This document shows positions 55,544-64,000 of a stretch of DNA of 64,000 bases, piece by piece. Source of the stretch: an uncultured Fibrobacterota bacterium. Its GTDB lineage: Bacteria; Fibrobacterota; Chitinivibrionia; Chitinivibrionales; WJKA01. The notes under the pieces are model-generated. The model was not told where the DNA came from and did no database searches. It worked only from the letters and a program-made list of their open reading frames with translations. The translations under genes and the position numbers were made by a program. The DNA is taken from the NCBI GenBank assembly GCA_964589825.1, contig CAZPUS010000010.1:14862-78861 (forward strand), written 5' to 3'. The number at the start of each line of letters is the position of its first letter. The first letter of the stretch is position 1.

Positions 55544-55987
55544 TCTACGCTCCAGCGGTTATGGTGATATGGTTAGATTCGCTGTGCTTGTTCGCCATTG
55601 CGCTGACACACCTCAGGATTTGCCGGTTTTCCAAACACGGATCTCCGTAACGTGAGTGGTGTATCCACTCCCTACCGTACGCATCTCTTTCCCATTCTCA
55701 CATTAAAAATACGGCAAATAAATTGAAAAAGCAAATACTGACTGAACCAAAGGTAACCATTCGTAAAATACAATAATCACTATCGATGCAGCGTACTGCA
55801 CATAAAACTGCCCATCATTTCCACCCCGTATATCATAACGTTTCCTGTATGATATGAGCCCAAAGACGGGGTAACATTACGCATGCCGCCACTTTTATGC
55901 GTTACACCACCAACACCGTCTTTTTATAATGTATCGACGCCGGCCATGCGAGTACCAATTCGTGTATGTCAAGAATCCTTTTTTGCG

Positions 55988-56143
55988 CCGAAAAGATCGA
56001 TTGCTTTGATGAAAGAAGCGACGAGCCTTGCTGAAAATGCGTTCTCGAAAAAGATCCGGCTGTCTTGTTGGTCGTCCCATGATTTTGGGGACGCTGCAGT
56101 ACCGATGGCAACAGATTCCGCTTACAAAACCGCTCAATTCAGG
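55988..56143 (+). repeat. inverted-repeat-bounded conserved noncoding element, copy D (156 nt)
   Basis: CCGAAAAGATCGATTGCTTTGATGAAAGAAGCGACGAGCC...GTTCTCGAAAAAG...TCTTGTTGGTCGTCC...GATTTTGGGG...CCGATGGCAACAGATTCC...CCGCTCAATTCAGG. It is followed by TTGTTTTTTTTG (56144-56155). Intergenic. Confidence 0.8.
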
Positions 56144-56471
56144 TTGTTTTTTTTGCACCAAAACAGACTTATTTGGGGACCTCCTGGGTTTCAGGATTAT
56201 AGACCTAAGTCAAGAGTCGAGCCCGGAGACCATATCGTCCCAACTGTCACCATCGTAGCATGGCTTGTGCCATGTTACTATATATTATTTTGGAAAATAT
56301 GACCTCTGCGTGCATGGATTTCACGCACGGTCCGCTTTACCGATCAGGAGTCATTTTTTCGAACAGCGCGTCTCTTATGCACACCGGTCTGCGCGTTATG
56401 CGCCTACCTTCCTGCATCATTACGTTTGTATGAACAGGCAATTCGTGAATTGTACCGATAGTGCAGATCGA

Positions 56472-56640
56472 TGAATCAGACCAAAACCGAGCGTTTTTAT
56501 TCGCGAAAGCTGCTGCAATGCGCACTACTCTTATATCCTCGAAAACCATGAGACAACCAACAAGGTCGCCCATACTTTTCGAGAACAAAATAGCACCACG
56601 AGTCACCGCAGCTTTCATCAAAACAACTGTTCCATTCAGG
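56472..56640 (-). repeat. inverted-repeat-bounded conserved noncoding element, copy C (169 nt)
   Basis: The minus strand reads CCTGAATGGAACAGTTGTTTTGATGAAAGCTGCGGTGACTCGTG...GTTCTCGAAAAGTATGGGCGACCTTGTTGGTTGTCTCATGGTTTTCGAGGAT...TTGCAGCAGCTTTCGCG...CTGATTCA. It contains perfect nested inverted repeats of 9 bp and 8 bp. Intergenic. Confidence 0.8.
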
Positions 56641-56765
56641 TGAGAATGAATAGACAAAAATTTCGCGCGTATCCTTGCATTTGTACCACACAAATTGTAT
56701 AGTTTTAAGGTAGGTCTGTACAGGGATAACGACAATGAAGGTTTTTACAACCAAGGATTTTCTTT

Positions 56766-59700
56766 ATGCATAACAATACAAACAATGACATTCTGCATAC
56801 TCCACGACGCACATTCTCCATTCTTTTATTCACATGTGCCGTGGTTTTTTCATTCTGTTTTTGTGCCTACCCCAAAGAATCGCGTACACTGCTTATCGCA
56901 CGCCCGGTAGACCTGGCTCTCGATGAAAAAAGCCGTCAGCCATGGGTCGGTGCATTGCTCGAAGACCTTTTTTACTATAAACTCTCGGCGCTTGAACATA
57001 CCAGAGTTGTTCCACGGGATTCTATTCTGACTCGCACCGGTAGTCGCAATAATTTTTCAGCTACGGTAAACACACAGACCTATCTTTCAATTGCCAGAGA
57101 AAAAAGTGCCGATTACTGCATATTTCAAAAATATGAGGCCGGAAATAACAAACCTGTCAAATATGTCTGTGAAGTCACCGATCCGCAAAACAACTCACAG
57201 TTAGTAACTATCGATGATGTTTTTCCCATTGGCTCGTGTGCTCATAAAACGGATTCTATCCTTCGAGTAATACTTTCGCGTTCCGACATAACCATCCCGG
57301 AACGGCTTCAGCGATTTTTCCGCTTTCCTGTTCTGGGAGACGATGAGAAGCTCCTCGAACAACTGGGTAATGTCATTTTGCGGCATCATTACGGTGCGCC
57401 GATAAAACATACCCAGCTCGCACAAAATTACCTTGCCGTCAGTAATGAAGATTCACGTATGGAACTCGCGGCATTTCGGGGTGCAATCCAGTATTTCAAG
57501 GCATCGGAATACGATAACGCGATCGATGTCTTTTCCAACATCCACGAGGTACTTCCAGAATATGGTCCTCTTTACCTGCCATTTACCATAAGTCTTCACA
57601 AAACCTCACAATTGCAGGAGGCCCTGAAAATTGCCCGTCAGGGGGAAAAAAAGATGCCCAATTCGATTCCGCTTTTACTTGCCAAAGCAAAGGTGTTCGA
57701 CAAAATTGGCAATCGAACGCAGGCTCGAAAGGTCTATAGTGAAATACGCGGCATCGATTCACTCAATCCGCACGCATTGCTGTTCTTGGCTCGAGAAAAA
57801 CTCGACGCATCCGAGCCGGAAAAGGCCCTCTCTCTTGCAAAAAAGGCGGCAATGAAGGGAGGACGTACCATAAAAGCCGATATCCTCAAAACAAAGGCTA
57901 TGGCGCTATTTGCCCTTAAAAGAAACGAGGAAGCCGAAGCTGAGTTTCTTAATGCTTCTCACTATGCACCGGAAGACGCCTCTCTTTATATTTATCTGGG
58001 GAAGGTATACCAAAGATTGGACAATTACACTAAGGCCGCGGAATACTACAGCAAAGCGGGTAATTACGAACCTGACAATTTTTCCACTTTTCACAATGCG
58101 GCGCAGGCATACGTGGCGGCGGGCAATCCTATGAAAGCATTGCAGATTTATTCACGCATAGAACGAAAATTTCCCGACAATGTCACGCTGATGAAGCATA
58201 CGGGTCTTCTGAAGCTTCGACATGCGGGGGACACATCAGATGCTTTTTTATATCTGCAGAACGCCTATGAACTCAACCGGGATGATCCACACGTGATGCT
58301 TGCACTTGGCCGGATCTATATGCATCGAACACAATACGATGATGCATTTCGTATGTTCAATACCATTCTGCAACGTCCAGAGACAAGAAATGCGGCACGC
58401 CTGGGTCTTGCCTGTCTGTATCTGCACAAAAAGCGCCCGTCCCAGTCTCTCACGTATATAAGCGAAATTCTCAAAGATACCGTTGCATTGCCACATGTAA
58501 ACCGCTATTATGGAGACGCCAAACTCATGGTCGGTGATACAGTGGGTGCCATCGAACGGTACAATACTGAAAAAAAAATGTACGGGACCTCGGTATATCT
58601 TCAACAAAAACTCGCATCTCTGTATTATGCAACACAACAGTGGGACCGGGCAGAGCAGGAATACAAAACACTGGTTTCACTCTCGCCGCAAGAGTACAAC
58701 GCCTACCTTCGTCTCTCACTCATTTATCTGCACCGGGGCAACGTCACTACCGCTCTTGAATACTGGGACAAAGCAGAAGCGCAGGGGAAACCAGATGCAC
58801 AACAATACTATCGGGCAGCCACATTACTGCTCGAACACAACAGAAAAGACCAGGCCATAACGATGTTCAGGGAATGCGTTTCCCTTAATCCTCAAAAAGA
58901 ATCGGCCTGGCAGCAACTCGCACGCATTTATTCCCGTTCCGGCAAAGACAGTATGGCAGCGGAGAGCTACATAAAACTGTATGGTATTGATAGTAAAGCA
59001 TACAGTGACGAACTCGCGCAAGCGGGGCATCTCTTTTTCAAAATAGGTGAAAACAGACCGGCTCGTGATGCATATCAGCTTTTTCTCAATGACGGTAATA
59101 CAAGTACCCGGGTTAAAATCAATCTGGCTCACATTGAATTCGCCAATGAAAATTTCTCACGAGTAATAACGCTTCTTGCCCCGGTATCAGCACGGGATAT
59201 TTCAGATACCCGCACCCATCTTATCCTCGGCACTTCGTATATGGAGGTCGAAGATTATTCCAACGCGATTCCGCCTTTGAAGAACACCATTGAGGCGGAA
59301 ACCAAAAATACGGATGCCCTTCGAATGCTTGGTTTGGCGGGTGAAAAGACCGGTAAATTTGATATGGCAGCTCAGATGTATTCCAGACTACTCGAAGTTG
59401 CGGGGATCGAATCCTATCCCGATATTGCCTATACACTCGGCCGCCTTCATGAAAAAAATAACAACTCTGAAAAAGCAAAAGCGCAATACCGAACAAACAT
59501 CCGTCATTTTCCCGGCCAGGAAAGACACTACCAGCGTCTCGCCAACCTGTTATTCAATGAAAGCAGTTATAAGGAATGTGCGCAAGTGATCGAAAATGCG
59601 CTCGGTCACACACAGTTAGAGCCTGGTGCAAAGAAACTGCTCGCCCGATGCTATGAACAACTCGACCGACGTGAAAAAGCGATAGAGTGGTACCAGAAGT

Positions 59701-61601
59701 ATCTGACTGCGGTTACTAATGACGCGGGGGCCTGGGAAGCTCTGGGTGCACTTCAATTCAAAAACCGAAGCTATGCCGAAGCTGCCGCCGCATACAAGGA
59801 AGCGAGCAGATTAGCACCCGATAATTTCGACATGGTATTCATGCAGGGAAAGGCGTATTACAAATCGAATGATTATCCAAAAGCTGCACACGCGCTTGAA
59901 AAAGCACACCAGTTGAACACCGGCAGCATTGAAGCGCTAAAATACCTCAGTCGAAGCTATGCACAAACGGGCAATACCAACGAACGCATCGATGTGCTGA
60001 AAAAGTGGATTTCCATCGAACCGAAAAACCGTGACATTCAACTTCGGCTTGCTGATGTGCTTATGCGAAATGACCGTCTCCGGGAAGCCGCCGACATACT
60101 GACCAGCGCAAGTAAATCGGAAAAGAAAAACCCTCAAATTTTCGAAAAACTCGTTACAATCTATTCAAAGCTGAATGATGATAAAAAATTGTTTCATGCA
60201 GCCCGGGAACTCGCGGCACTCAAGCCGGAAGATCCCAATGCCCATTACACACTCGCACGGTACTACCTTTCGCATAACGACACCGCCAGTGCTTCAGCAC
60301 ACCTGGAAAAGGCGGTACGATTCAGCGATGCGCATGCCCCCTCGCAATTCGAATACGCCAAACTGCAGCTACACAACGGTAATGTACACAAAGCCGTTAT
60401 ACATTTTGACCGTGCGATCGATCTCGAACCGCAAAACGGCCTTTACCTTTCCTATTTTGCGTTTGCAGCATCCCGCAAGGGCGAAATGTCTAAAGCCCTC
60501 GGCGCACTTTCGACCGCAGAAAAATCAGGTTATGGAGATGATGTGGATGCCCGATGTATGGCTGCACAGGTATATATCAACGCCGACAAGACCGTACAGG
60601 CCAAAGACGTACTACGCACCGCAATTAAATCGAACCCGGATTGTGACCAATGTTACGAAATTATCGGCAGCGCCTACATGCGGGAAGCCAATTACAAACA
60701 TGCAGTAAAAGCACTAATGAAGTCATGGGAAATCGGCGGGTTCGATCCTTCCGTATTGCTCAAACTCTCCAAATCACTCACCATTGACGGAAAGTACGAA
60801 GAAGCGGAGGACTTTCTTAAAATGGTACTCAAAAAACGCTCCGGAAATCACGAAGCGGTGTATCGTCTCGCACATATTTTTCTGCGTCGGGAAAAACTCG
60901 AAGACGCACAATCGCTTAAATCTAGATACGAAAACAGGGAAAAAACAGGATGGTATCATCTCATGAAAGGTGAAATCGCAGAATACCAGGATGAAATCAA
61001 CACCGCATTTGTATCTTATAATGTAGCCAAGCGGTTTCTGCCCGAAAATCCGGTTGTTTACAATGCAAGCGGACGCATATTTCTGCATAAGGATAAATAT
61101 GAAAAAGCGATCGTCGATTTCAGCAAGGCGCTTTCGTATGATCCCAACAACCCGCGCCTGCAGGTAAACCTCGCAAAAGCGTATAAAGCAAAAGGGGACG
61201 TCAAAGCGGCACAGGAACTCGTCTCCGGTGTATGCAAACGGTTTCCGCACAATGTCGAAGGTTCCATCACCCTTGCAAAAATTAAAGCGGAAAAAGGTTT
61301 TCACCGTGCAGCGATAGCTCTCATCGAGCAGGCGCTTTCCCATAATCCCGACAATTCCCAGCTATATCTGCAGCGGGGAAACATCGAACGCGCTCTCAAT
61401 CAGTTCGATGAAGCGGAAAAGTCATATAAAAAAGCGATCCGTAAAAGCGGCCGGGAGAACGTACGCGCCTATAAAGCGCTGGGAGATCTGTTTTACGAAA
61501 GCATCGACGACAGCAATAAGGCTGAAAAATACTACCGTAAATTCGTACAAAACGGCGGCTCCGATATTACCGTGCAGCAACGGCTCGATAAACTCAAATA
61601 A
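56766..61601 (+). CDS. giant TPR-repeat protein (1611 aa) with N-terminal hydrophobic anchor/signal and a non-TPR N-domain
   Basis: It has an N-terminal hydrophobic segment (FSILLFTCAVVFSFCFCAY) and about 230 aa of non-repeat sequence. Continuous 34-aa TPR-like repeats then run to the C-terminus, with many A..Y..A...P.N patterns. Confidence 0.85.
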   Translation: MHNNTNNDILHTPRRTFSILLFTCAVVFSFCFCAYPKESRTLLIARPVDLALDEKSRQPWVGALLEDLFYYKLSALEHTRVVPRDSILTRTGSRNNFSATVNTQTYLSIAREKSADYCIFQKYEAGNNKPVKYVCEVTDPQNNSQLVTIDDVFPIGSCAHKTDSILRVILSRSDITIPERLQRFFRFPVLGDDEKLLEQLGNVILRHHYGAPIKHTQLAQNYLAVSNEDSRMELAAFRGAIQYFKASEYDNAIDVFSNIHEVLPEYGPLYLPFTISLHKTSQLQEALKIARQGEKKMPNSIPLLLAKAKVFDKIGNRTQARKVYSEIRGIDSLNPHALLFLAREKLDASEPEKALSLAKKAAMKGGRTIKADILKTKAMALFALKRNEEAEAEFLNASHYAPEDASLYIYLGKVYQRLDNYTKAAEYYSKAGNYEPDNFSTFHNAAQAYVAAGNPMKALQIYSRIERKFPDNVTLMKHTGLLKLRHAGDTSDAFLYLQNAYELNRDDPHVMLALGRIYMHRTQYDDAFRMFNTILQRPETRNAARLGLACLYLHKKRPSQSLTYISEILKDTVALPHVNRYYGDAKLMVGDTVGAIERYNTEKKMYGTSVYLQQKLASLYYATQQWDRAEQEYKTLVSLSPQEYNAYLRLSLIYLHRGNVTTALEYWDKAEAQGKPDAQQYYRAATLLLEHNRKDQAITMFRECVSLNPQKESAWQQLARIYSRSGKDSMAAESYIKLYGIDSKAYSDELAQAGHLFFKIGENRPARDAYQLFLNDGNTSTRVKINLAHIEFANENFSRVITLLAPVSARDISDTRTHLILGTSYMEVEDYSNAIPPLKNTIEAETKNTDALRMLGLAGEKTGKFDMAAQMYSRLLEVAGIESYPDIAYTLGRLHEKNNNSEKAKAQYRTNIRHFPGQERHYQRLANLLFNESSYKECAQVIENALGHTQLEPGAKKLLARCYEQLDRREKAIEWYQKYLTAVTNDAGAWEALGALQFKNRSYAEAAAAYKEASRLAPDNFDMVFMQGKAYYKSNDYPKAAHALEKAHQLNTGSIEALKYLSRSYAQTGNTNERIDVLKKWISIEPKNRDIQLRLADVLMRNDRLREAADILTSASKSEKKNPQIFEKLVTIYSKLNDDKKLFHAARELAALKPEDPNAHYTLARYYLSHNDTASASAHLEKAVRFSDAHAPSQFEYAKLQLHNGNVHKAVIHFDRAIDLEPQNGLYLSYFAFAASRKGEMSKALGALSTAEKSGYGDDVDARCMAAQVYINADKTVQAKDVLRTAIKSNPDCDQCYEIIGSAYMREANYKHAVKALMKSWEIGGFDPSVLLKLSKSLTIDGKYEEAEDFLKMVLKKRSGNHEAVYRLAHIFLRREKLEDAQSLKSRYENREKTGWYHLMKGEIAEYQDEINTAFVSYNVAKRFLPENPVVYNASGRIFLHKDKYEKAIVDFSKALSYDPNNPRLQVNLAKAYKAKGDVKAAQELVSGVCKRFPHNVEGSITLAKIKAEKGFHRAAIALIEQALSHNPDNSQLYLQRGNIERALNQFDEAEKSYKKAIRKSGRENVRAYKALGDLFYESIDDSNKAEKYYRKFVQNGGSDITVQQRLDKLK

Positions 61602-61860
61602 GCTACAGCTACGACCGTATATCTATACATATCGCGGAATGGTGTATGAAGGCTTCTACATGTCTCCATCGTCCGCATCAGGGTTTTCTATCCAAAACAG
61701 CCCCAAATGCCAATCCCCTCTTTTCTCCGGACAGGAGTGACAAAAGGTATTTTTTTCTTGCATTGAGACAGCACAGGATCGGTACTACCCGGGGCATATG
61801 CAGTAGTCCATGCTATCTCTTATATTCTGCCATATATCAATTATTCCGGCGGGATCATTC

Positions 61861-64000
61861 ATGAAAAAGATTGCTCAAGAGAAAAAACACGACCCTGCGC
61901 ATAAAAAGAAGCGGGTAACGCGTGCACCCGCACATTCGTTACAAAACGATGCGGGGATGCAGCCACGCATGCGTCTCGGCTTCGTACTTTTATCTATCCT
62001 TACACTCACCGCGATTTTTTTCTGGCCGGTAATCAGCGCCAAAGGGGTATTCTGGAACGATTTTATCCAGCAGTATTTTCCATACCGGATTTTCGCCAGT
62101 GTTTCCCTGCGCCAGGGAGTATTCCCCTTCTGGAACCCCTACCTTTTCAGTGGCATGCCGTTTTTTGCCGACATTCAGACGGCGGTACTCTATCCGCTCA
62201 ATCTTGCACTCGTGCTCTTTTCCTCCCCCCAATGGCTCAGTCCCTACATATTCGAACTACAGATAATTCTTCATGTCGCTTTCGCCGGCTTTGCCATGTA
62301 TCTGTGTGCACGTGATTTTCGTATTTCAATGGCCGGTGCACTTTGCGCCGCACTTACATTTATGTTCTGCGGATTCACTACTGCACACATATTTCATGTG
62401 ACCATGATACATTCTCTCGGGTGGATCGTGCTGTCGATATGGGCCGTGCGGCGTATGCTCGATACCAGAAAACTTATATGGGTTGCGGCTTCCGCATTTT
62501 TCCTGTGGATGGTATGCCTTGCCGGCCATCCTCAGCTTATGCTGTATACCTATTACTGGATAGGGGCATACCTGCTCTACCATAGTATCATTTTACTGAA
62601 GGAGAAAAAAGGATATAGACCGGTCGCATTGTCAATCGGGCTATTTATAGCAGCGGTGACTCTCTCGTTTGGCCTCTCCTCTATTCAGCTGCTTCCTACC
62701 CGTGCACTGGGAGAACACTCGATACGCGCATCCATATCCTACGAAAAATCGACCGAATGTTCCCTTCGTCCCTACAGGCTGGTCACACTGATCGCTCCCA
62801 ATTTTTTCGGCACGCCCAACAATTTTTTCTCGAAAAAAAGGCCCTTTTACTGGGGAATGAGCGAAGCCGATCGGTCCCCGGGCGCTCATTATTACTGGGA
62901 AACCGCTATTTATATCGGCATTGTCCCGCTCGCACTTATGCTATGCGCCATACTCCTGGGGCGATCGCCACCGGTCGTATTCCTCTCCCTCATGAGTCTT
63001 ATATCTCTTCTGCTCGCTATGGGGAATTCTTTCTTTCTACACTGGATCGCCTATCACGTGCTGCCAGGCTTCAGTCGGTTTCGGATTCCCGGACGCTTTG
63101 CCGCAATGTTCAGCATATCCGCCAGCCTTTGTGCGGGGTTCGGTTTTATGTGGTGTATCAACAGGGCTAGATTACTTCCCGATACCATTCGCAAACGTTT
63201 TTTGACCGTTCTGGGCGTACTTGCCGCATGTGCATTCGGAATCACCATTTTGTTTCAGGCCGGTGCGTTTAACGGGAATCTCGCTTCGTTTCTTGCCTCG
63301 AGTGGAATATTCGGTCATAACATGTCCCGTCTTACGGCAATTACGGAAAAAATGATACAACCTTCTGCTGCAGGATCCATGTGGCGTTTCACCCTCTTTT
63401 TTATTCTCTTTTCAGCAGTTGTAGCCGCCGCGCTGCTGAAGAAAATATCCGCACGAACCACTGCCGCTGCATTGCTGGTGATACTCGTATTCGATCTTTT
63501 TTCGTTTGGATGGGGGTTTTGCGCCCAAAAAAAGAGCCCTGACTCCATTTATCCCCGCACGCAGCTCATACAACAGATCAAGCGCCAGTATGAAAACGAA
63601 TTATTCAGGATTAATTCACGGAATTCAAAGCCCGGTACAAAAGGCCTTAATGGCTCGTACCTGCTGTTTCATAAAAATGCCGGCAGTGTACATCGTATGT
63701 TTCTTATGGAGGGATATACTCCGCTGCGCCTGCGTAGAAAATTCATCAACCGCCGCGATGTAACGCTCGATATCCTTAACACTAAATATAAAATAGAGGT
63801 AGATCGTAAAAGCGGTAGAAAAAGCCTTGCGCTACATACCTCCTACCTTCCTCGCGCATGGATGGCATATGATTACCGTGTGGTGACCGGACAGGAGCGC
63901 ATTAAGCAAGTACTTTACTCCTCCCAATTCGATCATACCCGAGGCATAATCCTCGAGGAAAAACCCCGCTGGTCTCAGGACGAACTCCGCTTTGACAGCA
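61861..64000 (+). CDS. YfhO-family polytopic membrane protein (GT-C-like), 3' end outside window
   Basis: By hand translation the frame is open from ATG 61861 to the window end (713 codons, no stop), so it is absent from the ORF track. It contains FWNDFIQQYFPYRIFASVSLRQGVFPFWNPYLFSGMPFFADIQTAVLYP, a YfhO-type signature, and many TM segments. Confidence 0.8.
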   Translation, partial: MKKIAQEKKHDPAHKKKRVTRAPAHSLQNDAGMQPRMRLGFVLLSILTLTAIFFWPVISAKGVFWNDFIQQYFPYRIFASVSLRQGVFPFWNPYLFSGMPFFADIQTAVLYPLNLALVLFSSPQWLSPYIFELQIILHVAFAGFAMYLCARDFRISMAGALCAALTFMFCGFTTAHIFHVTMIHSLGWIVLSIWAVRRMLDTRKLIWVAASAFFLWMVCLAGHPQLMLYTYYWIGAYLLYHSIILLKEKKGYRPVALSIGLFIAAVTLSFGLSSIQLLPTRALGEHSIRASISYEKSTECSLRPYRLVTLIAPNFFGTPNNFFSKKRPFYWGMSEADRSPGAHYYWETAIYIGIVPLALMLCAILLGRSPPVVFLSLMSLISLLLAMGNSFFLHWIAYHVLPGFSRFRIPGRFAAMFSISASLCAGFGFMWCINRARLLPDTIRKRFLTVLGVLAACAFGITILFQAGAFNGNLASFLASSGIFGHNMSRLTAITEKMIQPSAAGSMWRFTLFFILFSAVVAAALLKKISARTTAAALLVILVFDLFSFGWGFCAQKKSPDSIYPRTQLIQQIKRQYENELFRINSRNSKPGTKGLNGSYLLFHKNAGSVHRMFLMEGYTPLRLRRKFINRRDVTLDILNTKYKIEVDRKSGRKSLALHTSYLPRAWMAYDYRVVTGQERIKQVLYSSQFDHTRGIILEEKPRWSQDELRFDS

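Noticed and set aside
55883-56302. 139-aa ORF, and the small MKAA/MKEA-type ORFs that start at the conserved ATGAAAG of element copies A-D
   Set aside because: The copies share the ATG, but their indels are not multiples of three. Copy B stops after 24 codons, copy A is frameshifted, and no Shine-Dalgarno sequence precedes the ATG. The conservation continues beyond the stops, so it is not protein-level.
55988-56640. Calling the repeated element a 6S RNA
   Set aside because: The rod-plus-bubble shape is reminiscent of 6S RNA. However, there are four to six copies in 64 kb, internally deleted variants exist, and copy A has a possible target-site duplication. None of this fits a 6S gene, so the idea is kept only as an analogy.
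1-64000. CRISPR arrays, rRNA genes, integrases/transposases, toxin-antitoxin or known defence-system genes, and A/T homopolymers as phase-variation tracts
   Set aside because: I could find no direct-repeat/spacer arrays, rRNA-like segments, recombinase motifs or defence-gene motifs in any frame. A8-A9 and T8-T9 runs occur in many housekeeping genes here (ispE, larC, GT9, the TPR gene), so they reflect genome composition rather than specific switches.

Overview
This is a 64-kb, gene-dense chromosomal segment with about 50 supportable protein-coding genes and one tRNA. I found no rRNA, CRISPR array, prophage, IS transposase or defence genes. The host is a diderm bacterium. It carries LPS/lipid-A genes: an MsbA-like exporter, an LpxL-like acyltransferase, two GT9 heptosyltransferase-like genes, and an ArnT-like GT-C gene paired with a PAP2 phosphatase. 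It also carries porin-like beta-barrels and a roughly 1390-aa C25 (gingipain-family) peptidase that ends in a T9SS-type C-terminal sorting domain. That combination suggests an FCB-group or Fibrobacteres-like lineage, but the organism cannot be assigned from this sequence alone. Most content is housekeeping: ispE, ispD, argD, argG, pyrG, thyX, nfo, tag, obg, HU, mgtE, aconitase and a transaldolase-family gene. There is also a compact acetate locus: an HDAC-family deacetylase, a SatP-type channel and an AMP-forming Acs, divergent from an ADP-forming acetyl-CoA synthetase and a CoA-transferase::GNAT fusion. The most unusual signal is noncoding. It is a family of conserved, inverted-repeat-bounded intergenic elements. 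Four full-length copies of 156-169 nt lie at 10936-11096, 12466-12627, 55988-56143 and 56472-56640. One clear internally deleted copy lies at 52115-52195, and one possible copy lies at 8565-8621 just upstream of mgtE. The copies show nested helices, G-U-compatible substitutions and indels that are not multiples of three. They are therefore either an ERIC/Correia-like MITE family or a paralogous structured small-RNA family, and I cannot match them to a named family by eye. All calls rest on reading the ORF translations and the DNA by hand. No database search was possible, so family names are motif-based and start codons are best guesses.
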